From an uncultured Chloroflexia bacterium (GTDB taxonomy: Bacteria > Chloroflexota > Anaerolineae > CG2-30-64-16), in the NCBI GenBank assembly GCA_963810095.1, contig CAWEMM010000013.1, positions 1 through 64,000 of the forward strand: 64,000 nucleotides of DNA. Direction: 5' to 3'. Below, piece by piece: positions 9,412 through 18,263 of the stretch (within the stretch, counting starts at the first letter, position 1; each line of letters opens with the position of its first letter). Position numbers and translations under genes: made by a program. Under the pieces are notes generated by a model. It was not told the DNA's origin and made no database searches. It saw only the letters and a program-made list of their open reading frames with translations.

Positions 9412-9441
9412 TTGACACCCGCGCACCCGTGTGCTATTATA
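9412..9441 (+). promoter_or_regulatory. Sigma70-type promoter toward tyrS, overlapping a minus-strand TATAAT toward the LysM gene
   Basis: TTGACA(9412)-N17-TATTAT(9435) with TGn extension; reverse complement of 9436-9441 reads TATAAT. Confidence 0.7.
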
Positions 9442-9725
9442 CACCTATGTCGCCGCGAATTTCTACCCCAATTTGTACCCTACTCGTATTCGGGGGGCGA
9501 CACGCCCCCTTCCGCCTGACGTCCAGGCGATACTTCACGCGCCGCCGTTCGAGGCATCCATGGATGCTCCGCAACGGGCAAATCCCCAGTGTGGTCCTTG
9601 CCGCGGCATACTTGACCGAACGCATACGCCACGCTGTATGTTTACAGGTCCGATGATCTGTAAATACTATCGACAATTATACAACACTTCTTTTCTGAAA
9701 GCAAGACCCAAAATGGGGGAACATC

Positions 9726-10986
9726 ATGAACGAAACCGAACGGTCGAGCGTGTTTCTGCCGGTTGACGAGCAGCTTGCGATCCTGATGCGCGGGGTAGAG
9801 TTCGGCGATGAGACGACCCGGACCAACATGGAAGCGGAGCTGCGCCAGCGGCTGACCGAGTCGGCGCGCGAGAACAGGCCGCTCCGCGTCTACTGCGGCT
9901 TCGACCCGACCAAGCCCGACCTGCACCTCGGGCATACTGTGCCCATGCGTAAGCTCGCGCAGTTCCAAGACCTGGGGCACGAGGTCATCTTCCTGATCGG
10001 CACCTTCACGTCGCTGATCGGCGACCCGAGCGACAAGGCCACCGCGCGCAAGCTGCAGACCATCGACGAGGCGCGCGAGCATGCGAAGACTTACGCGGAC
10101 CAGGCCTGGCAGGTGCTCGATCCGGCCAAGACGAAGGTCATGTACAACGGTGACTGGCTGTCGAAGCTGACCTTCACGGATATCGTGGGCCTGGCGTCGA
10201 ACTTCACCGTGCAGCAGTTCCTGGTGCGCGAGAACTTCGCGCTGCGCTTCCAGAAGGACCAGCCGATCTGGCTGCACGAGTTCATGTACGCGTTGATGCA
10301 GGGGTACGACGCCGTCGCGCTCAAAACCGACATCCAGATTGGCGGCACCGACCAGCTCTTCAACCTGATCGCGGGGCGGAAGCTGATGGAATCGTTCGGG
10401 CTCCGGCCCCAGACCGTCCTGACGTTTCCGATCCTGGTGGGCACCGACGGCGTCCTGCGCATGTCAAAGAGCACGGGCAACCACATCGGCATCAGCGAGG
10501 CGCCCGAGATCATGTACGGCAAGGCGATGAGCATTCCCGATAGCGCCATGCGCAACTTCGCGGACCTCGTCACCCGGTGGTCGCCGCAGGACATCGCGGA
10601 CAAATTCGCCCGGCTTGACCGCGGCGAGCTGCACCCGCGCGACCTCAAGATGCAGCTGGCGTTCGAGATTGTCGACATTTTCCACGGCCGAGCGCAGGCC
10701 GAGGCGGCGGAGGAGCACTTCCGCACCGTCTTCCAGCAGCGCGAGCTGCCGCCCGAAATGCCCGAAATCGCCTTGACCGAGCCGGTCACGCTGGTCGACC
10801 TCCTGATGCGCGAAGGCCTGGCGCCGAGCAAAAGCGAAGCGCGGCGGCTCGTACAGCAAGGCGGCGTTAAGCTGCGACGGCGAGCGGGTGGACGACATCG
10901 GTGTGACTCTCGAGCCGGCCCAGGTGCCCGACCACGGTCGGGTGCTGCAAGTGGGAAAGCGTAAGTTCCTGAAGCTCGTGGGGTAA
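9726..10986 (+). CDS. tyrS: Tyrosine--tRNA ligase (one apparent frameshift near 10875)
   Basis: GFDPT..DLHLGH, QIGGTDQ, RMSKS; S4 domain continues in another frame as DGERV...[12 protein letters not shown]. Confidence 0.95.
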
Positions 10987-11016
10987 TCTCGCGCGCCCGT
11001 CCCGAAAGGAGATGTC

Positions 11017-11922
11017 ATGTCCCCATCATTCCACGGCCTGCCCACCGGCAGCCTCGTGACCCAGCACCTGCGGCTCGAGTACCTGGAAGAGGCCGGGCCG
11101 CGCATCGTCCACCTGTCGCTGCTCGGCCCCGGTGGCGAAGCGGGCGAGAACCTGATGGCGGAGATCCCGGACGTGGGGATACCGACGCCGTACGGCACCT
11201 TCCGCCTGTTTGGCGGACACCGGCTGTGGCACTCGCCCGAGGGGATGCCGCGCTCGTATGTGCCGGACAACGAGGGCTGCGGGGTGGAACGCGGTGAGAA
11301 CCGGGTGCTGCTGCGCGGCTGCGTCGAGACGCCCACCGGCGTGCAGAAGAGCATCGAGGTTGCGGTCGCGGCCGACCGGCCCGCAGTGATGTTGACACAC
11401 ACGCTGAAGAACTGCGGCCTGTGGGCCATCGACCTCGCGCCCTGGGCCCTGACGCAACTGCGCCTCGGCGGAATCGCGATCTTCCCCCAGACCGTGGGGA
11501 AGCTGGACGGACCCGGCCTCCTGCCCAATCGGAACCTGGTGCTGTGGCCGTACACCCGCCTCGGCGACCCCCGGCTCAGCTTGAACGACGACCTTGCCTT
11601 CATCACGGCCGCGCCCGACTCGCACGCGGTCAAGATCGGCTATCTGAACCGGGCGGGGTGGGCCGCCTACCTGGTGGGTGGGGTGTTGTTTGTGAAGCGC
11701 TGGGCGCCCGAGCCGGCCGCTCAGCACGTCGACTTCGGCTGCAATTGCGAGAGCTACTGCAACCACCAGTTTATCGAGGTCGAGACGGTCGGCCCGCTCG
11801 TGCGCCTCGAGCCCGAGCAGTCGGTGACGCACGTCGAGGAGTGGAGCCTGTACCGGATGGATGGCGTCCCGGCGACGGTCGAAGGCGCCCGTGAAGCTGT
11901 CGCCCGGGCCGGCTTGATGTAG
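11017..11922 (+). CDS. Conserved hypothetical protein (galactose-mutarotase-like / DUF4380-like)
   Basis: AAAGGAG RBS; GPRI, GGHRLWHSPE..YVPDN and IEVETVGP motifs. Confidence 0.6.
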   Translation: MSPSFHGLPTGSLVTQHLRLEYLEEAGPRIVHLSLLGPGGEAGENLMAEIPDVGIPTPYGTFRLFGGHRLWHSPEGMPRSYVPDNEGCGVERGENRVLLRGCVETPTGVQKSIEVAVAADRPAVMLTHTLKNCGLWAIDLAPWALTQLRLGGIAIFPQTVGKLDGPGLLPNRNLVLWPYTRLGDPRLSLNDDLAFITAAPDSHAVKIGYLNRAGWAAYLVGGVLFVKRWAPEPAAQHVDFGCNCESYCNHQFIEVETVGPLVRLEPEQSVTHVEEWSLYRMDGVPATVEGAREAVARAGLM

Positions 11923-11958
11923 ACCGCACGACAGGAACGAAATTGCGGGATAGATGCA

Positions 11959-12013
11959 GACCTTCGGGGTGGCCTGAGCTTCGCTCCGGGCCGAAACCCC
12001 GAAGGTCCTTTTT
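11959..12013 (+). repeat. Family B palindrome (GACCTTCGGGGT...ACCCCGAAGGTC) with T-tail; probable terminator
   Basis: 12-bp inverted arms followed by CTTTTT. Confidence 0.7.
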
Positions 12014-12095
12014 GTCTGCTACCGTAGCTTCTCGTACATCATCCCGCGGCCCCGGTGCTAAGATGGGGGGGATTGTGTGACCCCGGAGCTGCGTA

Positions 12096-13292
12096 ATGGA
12101 CGAACCGCGAACGTTCGAGTGTCCTTCGTGCGGCGGGGAGCTGACCACTGACGGCCGTAGCCCCACCATTGAGTGCCCCTATTGCGGCCAGAACGTCACC
12201 GTGCCGCGTGATCTGCGCGTGGAGCCGTCCGCACCGGTCGCCGCGGCGCCGGCTGCCGAGTCGCCGCTGGTTCCGTTGATCAGGCTGGCCGAGGAGGAAG
12301 CGGAAGCGGAGCGGGCCGAGCGGGCAAAGCAAAGGGCCCAACCTGCGCCGAGGCGGCGCGGTGGCGGCTGTGGCTGCGGCAGCATCGTCTTTGCGGTGGT
12401 GATCATCCTGGTCATCCTCATTGGCGGCGCGATCTTCACCGGAAATGGCCCCGTGCTGCTCCAGGCGCTCGACGCGGCGTCCGGCGCAACCCCGACCCCC
12501 AAGCCTGTGTCGCACCCACTGAACGCCGCGCTACCTCGCTCGCTCCGCTATGCGGGCGTCACCCTCACGGTGAACAAGGCGGACATGACGAACGAGGACC
12601 CGCAGGCAAGCGATGGGTCGCGTTTCCGTTCGGATAGCCTCTTCGCCGTCCTGGCTGTGAAGCTCGACAACACGGTCGGCGAGCGTGAAGTCGCACTGCC
12701 GTATGGGGTTCCGCGCCTGGAGTTGGCCGATGGGAACCAGTACGAGGAGGACGGCAGCCTGAACTTTGACGTGGCCGGCGCGGCGAGCAAGCAGGGGCGC
12801 ATGATTTTCCGTGTGCCGCCTGCCTCCAACTGGCAAGGGGCGAAGCTGGTCCTGCGCGAGTCGGGCAAGGAGCCGGCGGTGCTGCCGCTCGACGGCGCTC
12901 GCACCCAAGCACAGGTCGGCCCCATCGACCTGAAGCTGGTGACGGAGAAGGCGTTGGCACACTGGCTTATCGCGTCCTCGAGCGCCACGCTCGACACGGC
13001 CCGCGAGGGCCGGCAGGTCGACGCGGGCAAGCGCTTCCTCCGCTTCAAATTGCGGGTGGTCAATAACGGCAAGGAAGCGGGCGGCGTCACGGTGACCGAC
13101 AGCAATTTTCGCCTGCTACTCGAAGGCGATTCGCTGGCGCCCGACGATTACCCGATCGTGGCGGTCCCGCCGCAGAGCAAGGTCGATGGTCACGTCGACT
13201 TCACCGTTCCCGCAGACGCGAAGACGGCGACGCTGCAAGTGGGCGAGTTGAACGGGCCGAAAGCGCAAATCCCGGTCAGACTGGCGCAGTAG
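12096..13292 (+). CDS. Zn-ribbon, single-TM membrane protein with two DUF4352-like Ig domains
   Basis: CPSCG...CPYCG, hydrophobic TM segment, then two beta-sandwich repeats. Confidence 0.7.
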   Translation: MDEPRTFECPSCGGELTTDGRSPTIECPYCGQNVTVPRDLRVEPSAPVAAAPAAESPLVPLIRLAEEEAEAERAERAKQRAQPAPRRRGGGCGCGSIVFAVVIILVILIGGAIFTGNGPVLLQALDAASGATPTPKPVSHPLNAALPRSLRYAGVTLTVNKADMTNEDPQASDGSRFRSDSLFAVLAVKLDNTVGEREVALPYGVPRLELADGNQYEEDGSLNFDVAGAASKQGRMIFRVPPASNWQGAKLVLRESGKEPAVLPLDGARTQAQVGPIDLKLVTEKALAHWLIASSSATLDTAREGRQVDAGKRFLRFKLRVVNNGKEAGGVTVTDSNFRLLLEGDSLAPDDYPIVAVPPQSKVDGHVDFTVPADAKTATLQVGELNGPKAQIPVRLAQ

Positions 13293-13464
13293 CAAGCGGG
13301 ACGGGGCCGCACGGCAAACCCCACGGGAAACCCGCATGGTCATTTCATGCTCGGAGCAGGCGGCCATGCGACGGGTTCGCTGGCCGGCGATATTGCTGCG
13401 TCAGGATGCTATGCACCTTGCACTCATGCCGTATCCTCTCGGTCCCAATTAGGAGTTCGATAGA

Positions 13465-14859
13465 ATGCAAGAGACACTCGAATCGCGAGCTAGTATGGAA
13501 ACTAGTGTACATGCCAGCGAGCCCACCATCCAGGACTGGGCCGGCTTTGTTGAATTCCAACCCCGACTGTACTTCAGGCCCCAGGACCTGGACGAGTTGA
13601 AAGGGTTCTTGAGCGGCATACAACAAGGTATTCTCAAACAAAGAACCCTCCGCGTCCTGGGAAGTCTACATTCCTGCTCGGACATTTGTGTGTCGGACGT
13701 CATCGTAGATGTGAGTGACCTGCCCAAGACGATCGAGTTTAGCGCCGACAATACACGCGTGACCGCGTCGGCCAACTGGCGGCTCCACGATTTCCTGTTG
13801 GCGTTGAGCGCTCGCGGCAAGTCAATCAGCGCGACGGGCGGCACTGACCCCCAGACCCTGGCGGGGGTAATCTCTACCAACACCGCGCCCGCCACGCCGT
13901 GGCACACACTCTATGAACTTCTCGAATGGGTGGAATACATTACCATCGATGAAGACAGCGCGGCAGTTGTCGAAAAACACGTGGACAGGGATGACCCCGC
14001 GTTTCCCGCTATGATCGGTTCCCTGGGCGCGATCGGTATTTTGACGCGAGTCCAATTCAGCCTGATTGATGAACTCTACTTTGACACTGTCCAAAAGATC
14101 GTCAAACTGAAAGAGATACTGGCGGATCTGACGCTGACATCTCGGAAATACGATTTCTGGCGGATTGACTGGCTGCCGGATACCGATCACGGGTTGCTGT
14201 GGGCGGCGACCCGCGTCCCGACCGCAGACGCCGATGGAGACTATCCGCCACAGCAATCGGAAAATGTCCTGAATGCTCTTTTCAAGGCATTGGGAACGAT
14301 CGAATCGGCCGGGTGCCTCCTGGATGAGGCGATGCGATTGGTGTACACCGGCCTGGCATTTACATACGGTGTAACGAAGGCCAGCGGACCTCTGCGTAAC
14401 ATGCTGCCGGTCGACCGACGCACGCCTCTGCGTGTGGCGATGGCCGAATGGAGCTTCAACCCGGCCGACTTGAACAGTCTTATGCAGCGCTGCAAGGAGT
14501 ACTTTGAGCAAAAGGGTTGGCCCAATCTGCCCATCGAAATCGAGCTCACTAAAACCGACAACTACTACATGTCGCCGTGGAATTGGCCGGGCCTGGATTA
14601 CATCGTCAAATTCAACTTCATGTACCTGACAGATAGCAGCGAAACGGGCGACCGGAGGGGCGAAATCCTGGCACACTTGCACGGTCTCTGGGATCACCTC
14701 ACGCAATCCGGCATCCCGTTCAAGGCCCACTGGGGCAAGATCAACTTCATGACCTTCCAGTTTGTGCAGGACCATTACGAATACGCTCGGTTCAGGCCCT
14801 TCATTCGCCCGGTGTTCCTCAACAGGTACCTGACCGAGCGACTGAATCCAACCCCCTAA
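13465..14859 (+). CDS. FAD-linked oxidase, aldonolactone (ALO/GULO) oxidase family
   Basis: RVLGSLHS (covalent-FAD His motif), QTLAGVIST, GSLGAIGI and C-terminal HWGK. Confidence 0.8.
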   Translation: MQETLESRASMETSVHASEPTIQDWAGFVEFQPRLYFRPQDLDELKGFLSGIQQGILKQRTLRVLGSLHSCSDICVSDVIVDVSDLPKTIEFSADNTRVTASANWRLHDFLLALSARGKSISATGGTDPQTLAGVISTNTAPATPWHTLYELLEWVEYITIDEDSAAVVEKHVDRDDPAFPAMIGSLGAIGILTRVQFSLIDELYFDTVQKIVKLKEILADLTLTSRKYDFWRIDWLPDTDHGLLWAATRVPTADADGDYPPQQSENVLNALFKALGTIESAGCLLDEAMRLVYTGLAFTYGVTKASGPLRNMLPVDRRTPLRVAMAEWSFNPADLNSLMQRCKEYFEQKGWPNLPIEIELTKTDNYYMSPWNWPGLDYIVKFNFMYLTDSSETGDRRGEILAHLHGLWDHLTQSGIPFKAHWGKINFMTFQFVQDHYEYARFRPFIRPVFLNRYLTERLNPTP

Positions 14860-14887
14860 GCCGGTTCCAACAGGGGGATCTACGGTG

Positions 14888-14923
14888 CGAAACCTTCGAG
14901 GTTTCCGAGACCTCGAAGGTTCG
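14888..14923. repeat. Family B palindrome
   Basis: AACCTTCGAGGT-TTCCGAG-ACCTCGAAGGTT. Confidence 0.75.
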
Positions 14924-15098
14924 GGTGCGGGTTTCATCCTGGATTGGGCTATAGTACGGCCACCGTCGTGTTGTGGGGTGTGCGGCCCCCAGGTCCGGCG
15001 CGGCGGCGCGACAGGCTCTGCCATCCGAGCGCGGCGCGGGGTCGCCGCGCCCATCCAACGGGTCTTCCGGGTGCACTACACCGGGGTGTCAAAAACAC

Positions 15099-15125
15099 GT
15101 TACAGTTGTTACAGTTGTTACAGTT
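15099..15125. repeat. Perfect 3x tandem GTTACAGTT
   Basis: Direct reading, about 75 nt upstream of the deoR -35 box. Confidence 0.85.
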
Positions 15126-15200
15126 CAGCCCTGCCGGCGGCTGTTGCCACCTGCGCCTCTACGCGAAATCTTGCACCACGTCCAAGCCCAACGCCCATTC

Positions 15201-15229
15201 TTGACAACTCCGCGAATTCGTAGTATTCT
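15201..15229 (+). promoter_or_regulatory. Sigma70-type promoter of the deoR-E1-E2 operon
   Basis: TTGACA-N17-TATTCT. Confidence 0.7.
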
Positions 15230-15269
15230 CCCTTCAAATCGTAACCATTCGAAAGTTAATCGGTATCAA

Positions 15270-16040
15270 ATGAAAGAATACTCCGTCGCCGAGAGGCGGC
15301 AAGGGATTCTCGATCGGGTCGCCGAGGCGGGCCGGGTCTCGGTCGCGGAGCTGAGCCAGGACTTCGGGCTCTCTGAGGTGACCATCCGGACCGACCTGCA
15401 GGCGCTGGCGGACAGCGGGCTGGTCCTGCGCACGCACGGCGGCGCGATCGCCCTCAACGCCAGCCGCGACTACCTCTCCCTCAGCCTCCGTATGCAGCAG
15501 CAGGTGCAGGAGAAGGCGCACATCGGCGCCGCGGCGGCCGCGCTCATCCGGGACGGCGACGCGATCTTCCTCGACTCGTCCAGCACCGCGCTTGCGATTG
15601 CCCAGTGTCTTCAGGACCGGAGGTATCTCACCGTCGTCACGAACGGGCTGGCCGTCGCGCAGGCCTTGCTCGACGCGCCGGGGATCGACGTGCTGGTGGT
15701 CGGCGGCCGCTTGCGCAAGGACACCGCGTCGCTCGTCGGCACCACGGGGCTGGACCTGCTCAGGCACATCAACCTGCAGAAGGGCTTCTTCGGGAGCCAC
15801 GGCATCACGGTCGAAGAGGGGCTGACCGACGTGAGCGCCGACGAGGCCGAACTCAAGCGGCCCGTGGTGCAGGTGTGCCGCTCGGTCATCGCCGTGGTGG
15901 ACCGGACGAAGTGGGGCCGCGCCGGCGTCTCCTCGTTCGCCACCGCCCAGCAAATCAACAAGGTCATCACCGACCGTGACGCCCCGCGCGACCTGGTCGA
16001 TCAAATCCGCTCTGCCGGAGCAGACGTGATACTGGTTTGA
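15270..16040 (+). CDS. DeoR/GlpR family transcriptional regulator
   Basis: HTH SEVTIRTDL..L...G.VLRTHGGA; sugar-phosphate sensor IFLDSSSTAL, VVTN, VITD. Confidence 0.93.
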   Translation: MKEYSVAERRQGILDRVAEAGRVSVAELSQDFGLSEVTIRTDLQALADSGLVLRTHGGAIALNASRDYLSLSLRMQQQVQEKAHIGAAAAALIRDGDAIFLDSSSTALAIAQCLQDRRYLTVVTNGLAVAQALLDAPGIDVLVVGGRLRKDTASLVGTTGLDLLRHINLQKGFFGSHGITVEEGLTDVSADEAELKRPVVQVCRSVIAVVDRTKWGRAGVSSFATAQQINKVITDRDAPRDLVDQIRSAGADVILV

Positions 16041-16130
16041 AATAGAACGCAGATAGAACTGATCGGACTGATCCGCCTGGCTTTAAGAGATCATGTCAAT
16101 CAGCCAGATCAGTTCAATCTGCGGCCCATT
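16041..16130. repeat. Family A palindromic element, copy 2
   Basis: AATAGAACGCAGATAGAACTGATCGGACTGATC...GATCAGTTCAATCTGCGGCCCATT. Confidence 0.8.
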
Positions 16131-16147
16131 CTCTCTGGAGGCTCTTC

Positions 16148-18262
16148 GTGAATCATCCTTTGCCACCCATTGACCCCGTGAAGCTCTCGGCCCTCATCGA
16201 GGAGCAGGAGCTGACCAAGGCTGATCTGCTGAACTACTTGCGGCAGATGAGCGAGATTCGCGCGCTGGAGGAGCAGATCTCCCGCCTGCTGACCAAGGCC
16301 GTCTTGAAAGGCGCGTCGCACCTCTATGCCGGCGAGGAGGCCGTCGCGGTCGGCGCGGTCGCAGCCCTGCGCGACGACGACCTGATCACTTCCACCCACC
16401 GCGGGCACGGTCACGGCCACGCCCATGGCGACTCGGCCGCAAAGACGGACGAGGAGAAGCAGGCGCACTACAACCGCATGATGGCCGAAGTGCTCGGCAA
16501 GTCGGGCGGCTACTGCAAGGGCAAGGGCGGCTCGATGCACATCGCCGACGTGCAGCACGGCAACCTGGGCGCGACCGGCATCGTGGGCGGGAACCTGCCT
16601 GTGGCGGTCGGCGCGGCGCTGGCGCAGAAGCTCAAGGGCACCGACCGGGTCGTGGTCTGCTTCTTTGGCGACGGCGCCTCGAACGAGGGCAACTTCCACG
16701 AGGCCCTCAACATGGCCTCCGCGTTCACGCTCCCCGTCATCTTCGTCGCGGAGAACAACCAGTACGGCATGTCGGTGCCGTGGGCGAACGTCACCAAGCT
16801 GCCCGACATCGCGGACCGCGCGTGCGCGTACGGCATCCCCGGCGTCGTCGTCGACGGCATGGACGTAGTCCAGGTGCGTGCCGCGGTGGCCGAGGCGGCC
16901 GAGCGGGCGCGCAAGGGTGAGGGTCCCACGCTCATCGAGGCAAAGACGTACCGCTACTTCGGCCACAGCCATTCCGACAACCGCTCGTACCGCACCCGTG
17001 AGGAAGAAGCCGAGTTCAAGGCGCGCGATCCGCTGGAGGTCATCAAGGGCCAGTTGTTCGACCTGAAGCTGGTGCAGAACGGCGAGATCGAGTCGGTGGA
17101 ACAGGGCGTCGAGGCGAAGCTGGCGAAGGCCATGGAGTTCGCCGAAGGGTCGCCCGCACCCGATCCCAGCGAGGTCGAGACCGACGTCTTCGCGCCGCTG
17201 AAGCACACGGCGGCCGACGTCAAGGCCGAGGCGGAGCTGCGCAGCCAGGTCCACCTGGCCGAGAAGGGCCAGGCCGCAGCCGTGCCGATGAAGACCATCT
17301 CCTACGCCGCCGCACTGGTCGAGGCCGCCCGCGAAGAAATGCTGGCCGACCCGAACGTGTTTATCATGGGCGAGGATGTGGGCCTGTACGGCGGCGCATA
17401 CGGCGCCACTCGCGGCCTCTTTGCCGAGTTCGGCGGCGACCGGGTGATCGACACCCCCATCAGCGAGGCCACCATCGGCGGCGCGGCAGTCGGCGCGGCG
17501 ATGGCCGGCATGCGGCCCATCGCCGAAATCATGTACGTCGACTTCACCCCGCTGGCGATGGACCAGATCGCAAACCAGGGCGCGAAGAACCGCTACATGT
17601 TCGGCGGCAAAACCAGCGTCCCGATGGTCTGCCGGACTGAGGGCGGCGCGGGCCGCGCGATCGCCGCGCACCACTCGCAAAGCCTCGAAGCACTCTGGAC
17701 GCACTTCCCCGGCATCTATGTCGTCATGCCATCGACGCCCTACGATGCTAAGGGCCTGCTCAAGGCGGCGATCCGCGACGACAACCCGGTCATGTTCATC
17801 GAGCACAAGATGCTCTACGGCGTAAAGGGCCCGGTGCCCGAAGGGGACTACGTGATCCCGCTTGGCGTCGCCGACATCAAGCGGCCGGGCAAGGACGTCA
17901 CCCTGGTCACCTACTCGCGGATGGTGCACCGCGGCCTCGAGGCCGCCGAAGCCCTGGCGAAGGAAGGGATCGACGTGGAGGTGATCGACCTGCGCTCGCT
18001 CAAGCCGCTGGACCTGGACACCATCATTAACTCCGTCAAGAAGACGGGCCGGCTGGTAGGGCTGACCGAAGCGTACGAAAACACGAGCTTCATCAACGAG
18101 ATCATGGCGCTGGTGAACGAGAACGCGTTTGACTACCTGGACGCGCCGATGGTGCGGGTGGCGGCAGCCAACGTGCCGGTGCCGCGTGCCGAGGTGCTGG
18201 AAGACCTGGCGATCCCGAATGTCGGCCGGATCATGGCCGCGTGCCGGAAGGTGGTGGGCTGA
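16148..18262 (+). CDS. Fused TPP-dependent dehydrogenase E1 alpha+beta (acetoin/2-oxoacid dehydrogenase type)
   Basis: STHRGH, GKGGSMH, GDGASNEG...NN TPP motif and YRYFGHS; beta half GEDVG, DTPISE, HSQS. Confidence 0.92.
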   Translation: MNHPLPPIDPVKLSALIEEQELTKADLLNYLRQMSEIRALEEQISRLLTKAVLKGASHLYAGEEAVAVGAVAALRDDDLITSTHRGHGHGHAHGDSAAKTDEEKQAHYNRMMAEVLGKSGGYCKGKGGSMHIADVQHGNLGATGIVGGNLPVAVGAALAQKLKGTDRVVVCFFGDGASNEGNFHEALNMASAFTLPVIFVAENNQYGMSVPWANVTKLPDIADRACAYGIPGVVVDGMDVVQVRAAVAEAAERARKGEGPTLIEAKTYRYFGHSHSDNRSYRTREEEAEFKARDPLEVIKGQLFDLKLVQNGEIESVEQGVEAKLAKAMEFAEGSPAPDPSEVETDVFAPLKHTAADVKAEAELRSQVHLAEKGQAAAVPMKTISYAAALVEAAREEMLADPNVFIMGEDVGLYGGAYGATRGLFAEFGGDRVIDTPISEATIGGAAVGAAMAGMRPIAEIMYVDFTPLAMDQIANQGAKNRYMFGGKTSVPMVCRTEGGAGRAIAAHHSQSLEALWTHFPGIYVVMPSTPYDAKGLLKAAIRDDNPVMFIEHKMLYGVKGPVPEGDYVIPLGVADIKRPGKDVTLVTYSRMVHRGLEAAEALAKEGIDVEVIDLRSLKPLDLDTIINSVKKTGRLVGLTEAYENTSFINEIMALVNENAFDYLDAPMVRVAAANVPVPRAEVLEDLAIPNVGRIMAACRKVVG

Positions 18263-18263
18263 T

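Noticed and set aside
9447-9725. Canonical T-box riboswitch upstream of tyrS
   Set aside because: No AGAGA/GNUG stem-I motifs, UGGNACC bulge or terminator found; only the weak TAC observation is kept as a finding
10860-10890. Programmed frameshifting in tyrS, actB or the radical SAM gene
   Set aside because: No slippery heptamers at the shift points; the number of indels points to sequencing error
13308-13350. GGCAAACC...GGGAAACCC resembling the start of a c-di-GMP-I riboswitch
   Set aside because: The downstream GACGCAAAGC/P2 elements are missing
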